Below, one piece after another: positions 1 to 9,273 of a stretch of DNA of 64,000 nt. How positions within the stretch are numbered: the stretch's first letter is position 1; each line of letters begins with the position of its first letter. The DNA lies in contig CBDFLE010000005.1 of the NCBI GenBank assembly GCA_965248925.1, positions 607,135 through 671,134 of the forward strand. Reading direction: 5' to 3'. The stretch is from Candidatus Multivoradales bacterium (GTDB lineage Bacteria; Acidobacteriota; Thermoanaerobaculia; Multivoradales; J023). The position numbers and the translations under genes were made by a program. Under the pieces are notes generated by a model. That model did not search any database. It had not been told where the DNA came from and worked only from the letters and a program-made list of their open reading frames with translations.

Positions 1-67
1 TTCGATTCCGTGTTCGATAAGTCCATGGAGGCCATGGAACGTGAGTAAAAGGGGTCACCGCCGGCTG

Positions 68-568
68 CTAAACCCTCCCGCCGGTGGCACCGAGAGCTAG
101 CTCTTGTTCGAGATCGAGCCTTGCCGTTTGGATCTGGCTCAAAAGGATTTCGATCTGCCTGCCGGACTCGGTGATTGCGATACGCGCCGTGCCGCCATTC
201 TGATTGGTGAAGTCTTGAAGTTCCCCGACAACGGTGCGCTTACTCTGAGATTCTCCGTCAACGAAGGTCAGGCGGACGAAATGGCCGCAGAAACGGCGGA
301 AGTCGCCAGCGCCGAAGAGCGGCCGATCAAGACCGGGCGAGCTAACTTCAAGCACATACTTGCCGCCGCCGAAATCGTTTAAGTCGAGGATGGGGGAGAG
401 CTGCTTGGAGACTTTTTCACAGTGCTGCAGAGTGGTGCCATCTGGGTGATCCAGAAGGATCTGCAAAACGCCCCGATTGAACTCGGCTTGCAGCAGCCGG
501 CACTCGCAGCTGCTGGCTACGGCGGCGATCTCCGCCTCGAGTTCTGCTGTGATTCGAAGGGCGCTCAC
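68..568 (-). CDS. rimP: Ribosome maturation factor RimP
   Basis: 166-aa ORF with the RimP signature core 'YVLEVSSPGLDRPL' and an acidic C-terminal domain. The stop at 68-70 sits immediately upstream (minus strand) of an ATG that could begin nusA, consistent with the conserved rimP-nusA arrangement. Confidence 0.85.
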   Translation of the reverse strand: MSALRITAELEAEIAAVASSCECRLLQAEFNRGVLQILLDHPDGTTLQHCEKVSKQLSPILDLNDFGGGKYVLEVSSPGLDRPLFGAGDFRRFCGHFVRLTFVDGESQSKRTVVGELQDFTNQNGGTARIAITESGRQIEILLSQIQTARLDLEQELALGATGGRV

Positions 569-810
569 GGGTCGCTGTGTCTCCTACGCCAGTTGCCGGC
601 CGAAACCGATCCCACGCGGCCGTCCGCTGCTTGATAGCGGACGGATGGCCCCGGAAGGCCGCCGTGTTAAACACGGGGTGGGTCCGGGTTTACGCGATAG
701 TTGGCGTTCTTCATGATCAACGGTCGTTACGTTTCTGCCGGTTCTCGCGCGGGACGACCTCTGGGCACTCGCTACTGAAGTCGGTCGGCTTGCAAAAAAA
801 GTTCGGCCAA

Positions 811-836
811 CAAAAAAGGTGGGCGAACTACCCACC
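811..836 (-). terminator. Putative intrinsic terminator on minus strand (hairpin GGTGGG-tagttcg-CCCACC followed by TTTTTTG)
   Basis: Plus strand reads caAAAAAAggtgggcgaactacccacc. On the minus strand this is a 6-bp GC stem with a 7-nt loop followed by a U6 tract. It lies inside an 840-bp non-coding gap between rimP and degP. Confidence 0.4.
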
Positions 837-1407
837 CTCCCGTTGAAGAACTGGCTGGCGCAGTATAGACCAAAGGTTCGGCCAGGCGCAACAAACATAA
901 GTGCCGTCTAAATCTGCGCTTAGGCTCGCTCGGCGGCAGCTGCTGCGGCATCGATTCGGCTCACTTACAGTGGGCTTTGCGGGACCTGCGGGCATTCACA
1001 ACAGATGCTCAAAACCTCAGAGTCGAAAGTCCGTATCGTCCTCTACCGAGGTCATTCCTGCCAAGGCTGGTGCCAATATGGCGCTGCGATAGAAGGGGTG
1101 AGCGGTGGAAGAAGCTGTGATTTGGCCCGTCAGTGGCCGCCGCCGCGAACATAACTCCTTCGACAGGGGCGGATTTTCATCGTGGGTCAAAGGCACTATC
1201 GGCAGCCGGCAGCCGCTGGCAGGGGTTTTGCTAGGCAGGCTAGGAGAGGCCGCGCTGGCAGATACCACCAGAGGCGTGACTCCACTGTCGATGAGAATTC
1301 AGCAAATCCAGGGCCTCAGCGGTCCTTGAGCACGATGGGTCAGAAAAAATAGGCGCGGCCGCACTAGACCTTCCTTAGTAGGCCGGCCGGGTACCACCGA
1401 GGAGAGC

Positions 1408-2928
1408 TTGATGCAGAATCAGCGCGGCCGTCAGATATTCACCTTTGCCCTGGTATTTGGAGCGATGGTCTTTGGCATGGTCTTGGCGGGCAGCTCGGAG
1501 CTGGTGCCGGCTGGCCTAGCAGAGGCCGACACCGCTCCCAGCCGGCCGGTTCAGGTGGCTGCAGCAAGTCCCGTCCAGGGCCTACCCAGTTTGGCGGACT
1601 TGGCCGAGGCGGTGTCGCCGGCGGTGGTTTCCATCCAAGTCACGACTTTTGTCGAAGAACGCCCCCAGAGCGGCAACCCACTGGATTTCTTCCTCAACCC
1701 GAGACGCCGCCGGCAGCCGCAACCCAACCCGGGCGAAGAGCCGGAGCAGCGCCGGGCGCGCTCTTCCGGCAGTGGTTTCGTGATTAGCGCCGACGGCTTC
1801 ATCATCACCAATCACCACGTCATTGACGGTGCTGATGGCTTGACGGTCAATCTTGGCGGCCGCCGCTATCCAGCGGTAGTGAAGGGCGACGATCCGGCCA
1901 CCGATATCGCCCTGATCAAGATCGAGCCCGATGGGCCGATCCCCTACCTTGACCTCGGAGATAGCAACGGCCTGCGGGTCGGCGATTGGGTGATGGTTAT
2001 CGGCAGCCCATTGCAGCTTGAGAATTCCGTCTCAGTCGGGGTGGTCTCGGCCAAGGGGCGGGCGATCAATATCACTGCCGACAGCGGTTTGGAGAAGTTC
2101 ATCCAGACCGATGCGGCGATCAACTTCGGCAACTCGGGTGGACCCTTGGTCGATCTCGCCGGTCGGGTGGTCGGTATCGCCACGGCGATCAACTTCGGTG
2201 CCGAGAACATCGGCTTCGCCGTTCCGGTCGAGACTCTGCGCCAGATCTTGCCGCAGCTGCGCGACAACGGCTCGGTGGAGAGGGGCTATCTCGGAGTCAG
2301 CATCAAGGACCTCAGCTTCGATCTCTCCCAGGCTTTCGGCCTCGATTCGACCGACGGTTCATTGGTCGAGAGTGTCACCGATGACGGTCCGGCCGAGGAC
2401 AGTGGCTTGCGCCACGGCGATGTCATCTTGAAAGTCGACGGCAAGGTGGTACGTAACAATCGCGAGCTGATCGACAATATCTCCAGCCGTCGGCCGGGGG
2501 TCAAGGTGACCTTGACCTTGTGGCGCAATGGCAAGTGGATCGACAAGAAGGTCAAGCTGGGCCAGCGCCCTGGCAGTCAAGTAGCGCAAGTTGATCCCGA
2601 GGTTGAAGAGCACGGCAGCATTGATTGGTTGGGCATCGAATACACCGACTTGAACGCCAACTTGCGCCAGAACCACGGTATAGATAGCGACATTGAGGGA
2701 GTTTGGGTCACCGACGTCGCCGCCACCAGCCCGTTGGTAGACGACACCGCGCAAGTGGTGCCGGGCGATGTGATCACCGAGGTGAATGGTGAGCCGATCG
2801 ACAGTGTCAAACGCTTCGAAGAGCTGGTCGAAGCCGCCGAGTCGGGTTCCTTCTTGCGGCTCTATATCACCAGCTTCAACCCGCAGCGCAGCGGCGCCCG
2901 TTTCTTTGCCATCATACGGGTACCCTAG
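1408..2928 (+). CDS. HtrA/DegP-family periplasmic serine endoprotease (trypsin-like domain plus two PDZ domains)
   Basis: N-terminal TM/signal segment; 'ITNHHVI' (His), 'DIALIKI' (Asp) and 'GNSGGPL' (Ser) catalytic motifs of S1C proteases; two PDZ-like C-terminal regions. GGAGAG RBS 6 nt upstream of the ATG. Confidence 0.9.
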   Translation: MMQNQRGRQIFTFALVFGAMVFGMVLAGSSELVPAGLAEADTAPSRPVQVAAASPVQGLPSLADLAEAVSPAVVSIQVTTFVEERPQSGNPLDFFLNPRRRRQPQPNPGEEPEQRRARSSGSGFVISADGFIITNHHVIDGADGLTVNLGGRRYPAVVKGDDPATDIALIKIEPDGPIPYLDLGDSNGLRVGDWVMVIGSPLQLENSVSVGVVSAKGRAINITADSGLEKFIQTDAAINFGNSGGPLVDLAGRVVGIATAINFGAENIGFAVPVETLRQILPQLRDNGSVERGYLGVSIKDLSFDLSQAFGLDSTDGSLVESVTDDGPAEDSGLRHGDVILKVDGKVVRNNRELIDNISSRRPGVKVTLTLWRNGKWIDKKVKLGQRPGSQVAQVDPEVEEHGSIDWLGIEYTDLNANLRQNHGIDSDIEGVWVTDVAATSPLVDDTAQVVPGDVITEVNGEPIDSVKRFEELVEAAESGSFLRLYITSFNPQRSGARFFAIIRVP

Positions 2929-2930
2929 AG

Positions 2931-4307
2931 GTGGCTAAGGGAAGCGAGCCGGTCAGCAAGGCGATGGTGTTGGTGGTCGACGACGAGTCGTCGATTCGCG
3001 AGAGCCTGCGGATGATCCTTGAGTACGAGGGGTACCGGGTCGACGATGCAGCGAGCGGCGCGGCGGCGTTGGCCAAGGTAGCCGAGCGGGCACCGGAAGC
3101 GGTGTTGCTCGACATCAAGATGCCGGAGATGGACGGCCTCGATGTCCTCGCCGCATTCCGCGAGCGCGGCTACGACATGCCGGTGCTGATCATCAGCGGC
3201 CATGGAGATGTCAACACGGCGGCAGCCGCGACCCGCCAAGGGGCCTATGACTTCTTTGAGAAGCCCCTTGAACGGGACCGGGTTTTGGTCAGTCTGCGCA
3301 ATGCGGTAAGGGCTTACAGGCTTCAGTCCGAGAATCGTATTCGGCGGCACGAACCGGACCGGCTGACCGGTGATTCGCCGGCTTTGGAGGGCCTACGTCA
3401 GACTTTGGCCAAGGCTGCGCCGACCCCCGCTACTGTGCTGATCACCGGCGAGTCAGGAACCGGCAAGGAGTTGGTGGCGCGGGCCATTCACGAGCAGTCG
3501 GCGCGGGCCAACCGGCCATTCATTCAGGTCAACTGCGCCGCCATCCCCGACGAACTCATCGAATCGGAGCTTTTCGGCCACGAGAAGGGTAGCTTCACCG
3601 GTGCGGTGCGCAAACAGATCGGCAAGTTCGTCGCCGCCCACGGCGGCACGATCTTTCTCGATGAGATTGGCGACATGTCGGCCCGCACTCAAGCCAAGGT
3701 CTTGCGGGTGCTGCAAAACGGTGAGGTCGAGCCGGTGGGGGCGACCAACAACACCCGGGTCGACGTGCGGGTGGTCGCGGCCACCAACCGCGACTTGCGC
3801 CAAGGGATCGAGGACGGCGAGTTCCGTGAAGACTTGTTCTACCGCCTCAACGTCATCCCGATTCGCACTCCACCGCTGCGCGAGCATCTCGACGATCTGC
3901 CACAGTTGGTCAGTTACTTCGTCGAATGCTACACCCGAGCCAATAACTACCGTTCCAAGGTCTTCTCTGAAGACGCCCTGGCACACCTTAAGACCTTGCC
4001 ATGGAAAGGTAATGTCCGCGAACTCAAGAACCTAGTCGAGCGATTGCTTATACTCAGCTCAGGCGACGAAGTAAAAAAGCAAGACGTGGTGCAATACACC
4101 TCGGGCGCCCAGGCGGAAATCTCCGAGTCCCTGCTGGCGGTCAAGACGCTGCGCGAGTTTCGCGAAATGTCCGAGCGCCTATTCCTGCTACACAAGCTTG
4201 ACGAGAATGGTTGGAACGTCACCCAGACCGCCCAATCGGTCAAGACCCCACGCTCCAATCTGTACAAGAAGATGGAGCAGTACGACATTCGCCGCGACGG
4301 CTCGTAG
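2931..4307 (+). CDS. Sigma-54-dependent response regulator (NtrC/Fis family: REC + AAA+ sigma-54 activator + Fis HTH)
   Basis: Receiver 'LVVDDE...[11 protein letters not shown]'; sigma-54 interaction domain '[17 protein letters not shown]', '[15 protein letters not shown]', 'DEIGDM', '[10 protein letters not shown]'; C-terminal HTH. Start is ambiguous: GTG 2931 directly after the degP stop, or ATG 2964 (MVLVVDDE). Confidence 0.85.
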   Translation: MAKGSEPVSKAMVLVVDDESSIRESLRMILEYEGYRVDDAASGAAALAKVAERAPEAVLLDIKMPEMDGLDVLAAFRERGYDMPVLIISGHGDVNTAAAATRQGAYDFFEKPLERDRVLVSLRNAVRAYRLQSENRIRRHEPDRLTGDSPALEGLRQTLAKAAPTPATVLITGESGTGKELVARAIHEQSARANRPFIQVNCAAIPDELIESELFGHEKGSFTGAVRKQIGKFVAAHGGTIFLDEIGDMSARTQAKVLRVLQNGEVEPVGATNNTRVDVRVVAATNRDLRQGIEDGEFREDLFYRLNVIPIRTPPLREHLDDLPQLVSYFVECYTRANNYRSKVFSEDALAHLKTLPWKGNVRELKNLVERLLILSSGDEVKKQDVVQYTSGAQAEISESLLAVKTLREFREMSERLFLLHKLDENGWNVTQTAQSVKTPRSNLYKKMEQYDIRRDGS

Positions 4308-4368
4308 GCCGTCCCGACCATCAAACGCCCCGAGCGTCAACCGCCCCGACCGGCAACCGCCCCGACCG

Positions 4369-5760
4369 TCAACCGCCATAGTAGCGCCAGTAGACGTAGA
4401 CCGCCGAGATCGCCAGGGTTCCCAGCATCACCGGCAGGCCGTAGGCGACGAAGCGCAGGAAAGAGATCTTGGTTCCCGAGCGCTCGGCGATGCCGAGCAT
4501 GACGACGTTGGCCGAGGCCCCGATCGGGCTGCCGTTGCCGCCCAGGCAGGAACCCAAGGCCAACGACCACCAGACCGGCAGCAGCACTGGGTGGCGCAGC
4601 ACTTGGCAACCCAGCTCTTCGGCCGAGGGACCGAGGATGGTCTCGCCCATGTCGGCCACCAGCGGCGCCATGGTGGCGACGAAAGGGATGTTGTCGAGAA
4701 AAGCCGAGGCAAATCCCGAAAACCACAGCATGGTCATCGAGGTGGCCAGCATCGACTGCTCGGTGGGGTGGGTGAGTTCGATCACTTGCCGCGAGAGATC
4801 GCTCACCAGGCCCACTTTCACCACTCCACCGACGATGATATAGAGGCCGATGAAGAAGAAGATCGTCGGCCACTCGACCTCCGCCAAAATCTCGCGCACT
4901 TCGAGGCGGGAGATCAACAGCAGCACTGCCGCGCCACCCAGGGCGATGGTCGCCGGTTCCAGGTGCAATGCACTGTGGGAGACGAAGCCGATGGTCACCA
5001 GGGCCATCACCATCAGGGATTTGCGGGCCAACACCGGATCCTTGATCAGCTGTCTCGCCGGCATCGACAGCACATGCTGCCGGCGCTGCTCGGAAACCTG
5101 CATGCGACGGCCGAAAAGCAGCCAGACGACAGCCAGCAGGGCGACCATCATCACCACTACCACCGGTGCCAGGTTGACGACAAAATCAGTGAAGCCGAGG
5201 CCCGAGCGCGAGGCGATCATCAGATTCGGCGGATCGCCAATCAAGGTGGCAGTGCCGCCGATATTCGACGCCAGCGCCTCGCCGATCAAGAACGGGACTG
5301 GATCGAGCCCCAACTCGTCGGTGATTAACAGGGTTACCGGCGCGAAGAGCAGGACCGTGGTGACATTGTCCAGCAGCGCCGAGAACACCGCGGTGAAGAT
5401 CAAGAACATCACCAAGATCGGAAACGGTCGCCCACCCGCCAGCTTGGCCAGCTTGACCGCTGACCACTCGAACAGACCGCTGCGGCCGAGAATGTTGACC
5501 AGGATCATCATCCCGATCAGCAAGTAGATCACGTTGTAGTCCACTCCCAAGCGGGGCGAATGGAAGGCCTCGGCCTGGTCGAGGACCTTGAGGCCGATCA
5601 TCAACACCGCGCCGACCAACGCCGCCTTGGTCTTGTTGACCTTCTCCGAGACGATGGCGATCAGGCTGAGCAGAAAAACGGCGACCGCGAGCCAGTAGGT
5701 CGGGTTGCTGGCAGCAATTTCGGCGGTCGTCGCCAAGGCGGAATGCACTTCGGGTTCCAT
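4369..5760 (-). CDS. ArsB/NhaD-superfamily ion transporter permease (polytopic membrane protein)
   Basis: 463 aa, about 11-12 predicted TM helices, duplicated-halves organisation and glycine-rich loops typical of the ArsB/NhaD / DASS permease superfamily. No soluble domain. Confidence 0.65.
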   Translation of the reverse strand: MEPEVHSALATTAEIAASNPTYWLAVAVFLLSLIAIVSEKVNKTKAALVGAVLMIGLKVLDQAEAFHSPRLGVDYNVIYLLIGMMILVNILGRSGLFEWSAVKLAKLAGGRPFPILVMFLIFTAVFSALLDNVTTVLLFAPVTLLITDELGLDPVPFLIGEALASNIGGTATLIGDPPNLMIASRSGLGFTDFVVNLAPVVVVMMVALLAVVWLLFGRRMQVSEQRRQHVLSMPARQLIKDPVLARKSLMVMALVTIGFVSHSALHLEPATIALGGAAVLLLISRLEVREILAEVEWPTIFFFIGLYIIVGGVVKVGLVSDLSRQVIELTHPTEQSMLATSMTMLWFSGFASAFLDNIPFVATMAPLVADMGETILGPSAEELGCQVLRHPVLLPVWWSLALGSCLGGNGSPIGASANVVMLGIAERSGTKISFLRFVAYGLPVMLGTLAISAVYVYWRYYGG

Positions 5761-5831
5761 CGGAGGTGGCTCACTCGGGTCAGTAGAGGTGGGTTTGCAG
5801 GGCCTGCCGCGAAAAGCGGTCTGGCGTTGTT

Positions 5832-6314
5832 CTAGAGTATTTTCGGGGCGACCTTTTCAAGGATAGTCCGCCGCGTCACCATGCCGACGAAGCGTCCGTC
5901 CTCAAGCACAGGCAAGGTCTTGCGCCGCCGCTCGACGATTAGCACCACCGCTCGGGTCAGCGAATCGTCCGGCGCTACCGAGTCGATGTTCTCGCTCATC
6001 AATTCTTTGACCTGACGCCCGGCCAAGCCGTCGAGGCGCTCGGTGAGGAATCCCTTGTGCAGCATCGCCGCCAACTTCTGATCGAGATCAACATAGAGAG
6101 GCACAACGCTGCGCAAGATGTCGTAGATGCCCACCAGGCCGACCAGCCGTCGGTCCTTGTCGAGGACCGCTGCGGTAGCCTGGCGGCTCGCCAGCAGCCG
6201 GGGTAGCAGGCTGGCGAAAGTCTCCTCCGGGGTGGTGGTCAGGGGATTCTCGAGCATGGTGTCGCGGATCAGCATGGGGGTGGTCTCCGGCTCTTGCAAC
6301 AGCTCTTTTGACAT
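5832..6314 (-). CDS. CBS-pair domain protein
   Basis: 160 aa with two tandem CBS motifs ('GLVGIYDILRSV', 'RFVGMVTRRTILEKV'). No other domain. Confidence 0.7.
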   Translation of the reverse strand: MSKELLQEPETTPMLIRDTMLENPLTTTPEETFASLLPRLLASRQATAAVLDKDRRLVGLVGIYDILRSVVPLYVDLDQKLAAMLHKGFLTERLDGLAGRQVKELMSENIDSVAPDDSLTRAVVLIVERRRKTLPVLEDGRFVGMVTRRTILEKVAPKIL

Positions 6315-6492
6315 CTATATCGCGCTGCGCACGGTCAGCCCGCCGCAGCGCGGCAGAGAATACGCTATTCTGTGCTGCGGCAACACCCCCTTGGCGAAAC
6401 GATGCCGAGGGCTGACTTTTGTTGACCACCCTCAAGGGGCATTGCTACGATCCGCTTTCGTGACCCCGATCCCAATCCGACTTGGAGAGTTC

Positions 6493-7638
6493 ATGCATAT
6501 CGAATTGAGCGAAGAGCAAGAGCTGCTGCGCCAGGAAGTGCGGCGATTCGCTGATGAAGTGATCAAACCCAAAGCCAAGGAAATCGACGAGAAGGGCAGT
6601 TTCCCCCGCGATTCCTACGATCTAGCCGGCGAGATGGGGCTGGCGGGTGTTTTTGTTCCCGAGCAGCACGGTGGCGCCGGCATGGACACCTTGTCCTACT
6701 GCCTGATGATCGAGGAAATCAGTCGGGCATGCGCTTCGACCGGAGTGATCCTGTCGGTCAATAACTCGCTAGTCTGCGATCCGTTGCTGAAATTCGGCAG
6801 CGACGAGCAGAAGGAGCGTTTCCTCAAGCCCTTGGCCGCGGGCGAGAAGTTGGGTTGCTTCGCCTTGACTGAGCCCGGCGCCGGTTCAGACGCCGCCGCT
6901 CTGCGCACCACGGCGGTACGTGATGGCGACGACTACTTGCTCAATGGCAACAAGATCTTCATCACCAACGGCACTGACGCTGATCTGGCGCTGGTCTTCG
7001 CCACCGTCGACCCGGCACTCAAATACAAAGGCATCACCGCTTTCATCGTCGCCGCCGACGCTCCGGGATATTCCCACGGCGCGCATGAGTACAAGCTCGG
7101 GGTCAATGCGTCCGGCACCACTGAGCTGGCATTCCAAGATCTGCGAGTACCTGCGTCACAGCGAGTTGGCGAAGAGGGTGACGGTTTCAGAATTGCCATG
7201 GCTACCCTCGATGGCGGTCGGGTCGGAATCGCCGCTCAGGCGGTGGGGATCGCCCAGGCCGCCTTCGAAGAGGCGCTGGCCTACTCACAAGTGCGTGAAC
7301 AATTTGGCACCCCGATTTCTAGTTTCCAGGCTATCCAGCACTACCTGGCCGATATGTCGACCGAACTCGACGCCGCCCGCCTGCTGACCTGGAAAGCGGC
7401 TTGGGCGAAGGAACATCAGAAGCGCTACACCCTGGAAGCCGCCCAGGCCAAGCTCTTCTCCTCGCAGATGGCGCAGAAGGTGACCAATTTGGCGTTGCAG
7501 ATCCACGGCGGCTACGGCTATATCCGCGAGTACAACATGGAGCGCTACTTCCGTGATGCCCGGATTACCGAGATCTACGAAGGTACCAGCGAGATCCAGA
7601 AAATAGTGATCGCCGACTGGGTGTTGAACAAGAGCTAA
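6493..7638 (+). CDS. Acyl-CoA dehydrogenase (short/medium-chain type)
   Basis: 382 aa from [13 protein letters not shown], the canonical ACAD N-terminus. '[14 protein letters not shown]' FAD/substrate motif; C-terminal 'IYEGTSEIQ'. The ORF-track start at 6127 is an upstream in-frame extension lacking ACAD features. Confidence 0.9.
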   Translation: MHIELSEEQELLRQEVRRFADEVIKPKAKEIDEKGSFPRDSYDLAGEMGLAGVFVPEQHGGAGMDTLSYCLMIEEISRACASTGVILSVNNSLVCDPLLKFGSDEQKERFLKPLAAGEKLGCFALTEPGAGSDAAALRTTAVRDGDDYLLNGNKIFITNGTDADLALVFATVDPALKYKGITAFIVAADAPGYSHGAHEYKLGVNASGTTELAFQDLRVPASQRVGEEGDGFRIAMATLDGGRVGIAAQAVGIAQAAFEEALAYSQVREQFGTPISSFQAIQHYLADMSTELDAARLLTWKAAWAKEHQKRYTLEAAQAKLFSSQMAQKVTNLALQIHGGYGYIREYNMERYFRDARITEIYEGTSEIQKIVIADWVLNKS

Positions 7639-7653
7639 GCCGAGGTAACGAAC

Positions 7654-8805
7654 ATGTCCGAGGTCTTGATGGACTTTGCCCTGAGCGAAGATCAAACACT
7701 GATTCGTGACGAGGTCCGTCGCTTCGCCGAAGAGCGCATCTTGCCCGGCGTGGCGGAGCGCGACCGCAATCACCAGTTCCCGGCCGAGATCATCGCTGAA
7801 CTCGGTGAGCTCGGCTTTCTCGGCATGACGGTGGACGAAGAATACGGCGGCGCCGGATTCGACAGTCTCACCTATCTGCTGGCGGTCGAAGAGTTGGCCC
7901 GGATTTGTCCGGCAACGGCGGTCACCATGACAGTTACTAACTCGGTCTGCTGTTGGCCCATCGGCCGTTTTGGCAGCGAAGAACTCAAGCGGCGGGTTTT
8001 GCCCCAGCTAGCTGGCGAAGGCGCCCTGGGCGGCTTTGGTCTAACCGAGCCTGGCGCCGGCTCCGACGCTGGTGCAATGCGCACCACGGCCAAAAAAGAC
8101 GGCGAGCATTGGCTGCTCGACGGCGAGAAGGCATGGATTACCAATGCCGGAGAAGCCAAATACTTGGTGGTGTTGGCCAAGACTAACCCCGAAGCTGGTA
8201 AGCGCGGGATCACCGCATTCGTCTTGCCCACCGACACCCCTGGTTTCGAGGTGGGCACGGCGGAAGAAAAGGTTGGTCTGAAAGCGTCCCGCACCGCGCC
8301 GATCTACTTCAGCGGTTGCCGGGTGAGTGATGCCAATCGTTTGGGCGCAGAAGGGCAGGGCTTCAAGATCGCCCTCTCGACCCTCGATCATTCGCGTTTG
8401 GGTATTGCCGCCCAGTCGATCGGCATGCATCAGCGGGCGCTAGAACTGGCTACCTCTTACGCCAAGGATCGGCAGCAGTTCGGCCAGCCGATCAGCAACT
8501 TCCAGACCATTCAGTTCAAGCTTGCTGAGATGGCCACCGAGTTGGCGGCGGCTCGCGCTCTGACCTACCATGCGGCAATCGAAGAGCATTCCGCTATTGC
8601 CGGCCGGCTGGCCTCCCAGGCCAAAGTCTACGCCAGCGAGGCGGCCAACCGGGCCTGTTGGGAAGCGGTGCAGATTCACGGCGGCAATGGTTTTTGCGAA
8701 GACTACGAGGTTGCTCGCCTGTTTCGCGATGTGCGAGTGACGACCATCTACGAGGGCACCAGCGAAATGCAACGTCTGGTGATCGCGCGGCACTTGCTGC
8801 GCTGA
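7654..8805 (+). CDS. Acyl-CoA dehydrogenase (second paralogue)
   Basis: 383 aa. '[14 protein letters not shown]', 'QIHGGNGFCEDYEVARLFRD', 'IYEGTSEMQ'. 16 nt downstream of the first ACAD, same strand. Confidence 0.9.
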   Translation: MSEVLMDFALSEDQTLIRDEVRRFAEERILPGVAERDRNHQFPAEIIAELGELGFLGMTVDEEYGGAGFDSLTYLLAVEELARICPATAVTMTVTNSVCCWPIGRFGSEELKRRVLPQLAGEGALGGFGLTEPGAGSDAGAMRTTAKKDGEHWLLDGEKAWITNAGEAKYLVVLAKTNPEAGKRGITAFVLPTDTPGFEVGTAEEKVGLKASRTAPIYFSGCRVSDANRLGAEGQGFKIALSTLDHSRLGIAAQSIGMHQRALELATSYAKDRQQFGQPISNFQTIQFKLAEMATELAAARALTYHAAIEEHSAIAGRLASQAKVYASEAANRACWEAVQIHGGNGFCEDYEVARLFRDVRVTTIYEGTSEMQRLVIARHLLR

Positions 8806-8827
8806 CCCGGCCCGCCCTTCGCCACCC

Positions 8828-8849
8828 GCAAGGAGAATGCTCTCCTTGC
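8828..8849 (+). terminator. Hairpin (9-bp stem GCAAGGAGA / TCTCCTTGC, 4-nt loop) directly after the ACAD stop; possible terminator or RNA-stability element
   Basis: Perfect inverted repeat 23 nt after the stop at 8805. No strong U-tract follows, so it may be a weak or Rho-assisted terminator. Confidence 0.3.
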
Positions 8850-8860
8850 AGCGAAGAAAT

Positions 8861-8881
8861 ATCTGTCTCATAAAGACAGAT
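8861..8881 (+). promoter_or_regulatory. Perfect 8-5-8 palindrome ATCTGTCT-cataa-AGACAGAT; candidate operator upstream of the Cys-rich peptide gene
   Basis: Seen directly in the sequence, 120 bp upstream of the peptide start codon. The spacing and symmetry are typical of a dimeric transcription-factor site. Confidence 0.35.
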
Positions 8882-9000
8882 TGCTAATAAGCTATTGTTG
8901 CCCTCAGACTATGTACTGCTGGATGATTGGCGGTGGGTGGCAGGAGTGTATTCTGCTTTCCCCGGCATAGTGCAGTGCAAGAAAATCAAGGAGAGGAAGA

Positions 9001-9192
9001 ATGCGAAAAGCGATCATCGGAGCTTGTTTGGTCTTCGGCCTGTCATTTGCTTTCGGAATGACCACCGCCGAACCGGCGAAAGCTGCCGGCTTCTGCACCT
9101 ATCGTTGTGTTTGCAGTGTGCCGTACAAATGTTGCGGCAGCGCCTGCAAGGTTACCAACGAGATTCAGTGCCCGCAGGTATTTGACTGCTGA
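9001..9192 (+). CDS. Secreted cysteine-rich mini-protein (predicted signal peptide + 35-aa mature region with 8 Cys)
   Basis: Strong RBS AAGGAGAGG 6 nt before the ATG. N-terminus MRKAIIGACLVFGLSFAFGMTTAEPAKA fits a Sec signal peptide with an AKA|AG cleavage site. Mature AGFCTYRCVCSVPYKCCGSACKVTNEIQCPQVFDC has 8 Cys (4 potential disulfides), including a CC pair. Followed by its own hairpin terminator. Confidence 0.6.
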   Translation: MRKAIIGACLVFGLSFAFGMTTAEPAKAAGFCTYRCVCSVPYKCCGSACKVTNEIQCPQVFDC

Positions 9193-9210
9193 CAGGGCCT
9201 TGAACTTGGG

Positions 9211-9234
9211 AGGAACGGCCATTGCGCCGTTCCT
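9211..9234 (+). terminator. Stem-loop (9-bp stem AGGAACGGC / GCCGTTCCT, loop cattgc) followed by a T-rich stretch; attenuator or terminator between the peptide gene and the TlpA-like gene
   Basis: Perfect inverted repeat 19 nt after the peptide stop, followed by TCTCTTCG. Fits a partial terminator that gives differential expression of the upstream small gene. Confidence 0.5.
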
Positions 9235-9273
9235 TCTCTTCGAACCAGAGAGATTCAACGAGGAGCCCGGCCG

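Noticed and set aside
1-35. Possible start of nusA on the minus strand (ATG at 35 or 26, just downstream of the rimP stop)
   Set aside because: At most 11 codons lie inside the window and there is no clear Shine-Dalgarno. Synteny supports it but it is too short to call as a feature.
1020-1120. RNase P RNA-like snippets (cGAAAGTCCG, GCCAAGGC...AATATGG, GGGTGAGCGGTG)
   Set aside because: The blocks occur in the wrong order relative to bacterial RNase P RNA, and the P4 sequence is imperfect. No tRNA, tmRNA or SRP signature is present either.
4198-5328. 376-aa plus-strand ORF (His/Arg/Pro-rich) and several other long antisense or overlapping ORFs (for example 15984-16622, 16321-16905, 19893-20446, 35878-36333, 39502-40347, 45421-45918)
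   Set aside because: They lie antisense or out of frame within well-supported genes, have low-complexity GC-driven composition (Arg/Pro/Gly/Ala-rich), and lack RBSs. These are typical spurious ORFs of a high-GC genome.
6127-6492. Upstream extension of the first acyl-CoA dehydrogenase ORF
   Set aside because: The extension is Ser/Arg-rich and overlaps the CBS gene on the other strand. The conserved ACAD N-terminus begins at the ATG at 6493.
8940-8965. TGGCAG...TTCTGC upstream of the Cys-rich peptide gene as a sigma-54 promoter; also CGGCAGgcccTGCA upstream of the ArsB-like transporter
   Set aside because: The GG-to-GC spacing is off by 1-3 nt from the obligatory 10-bp geometry.
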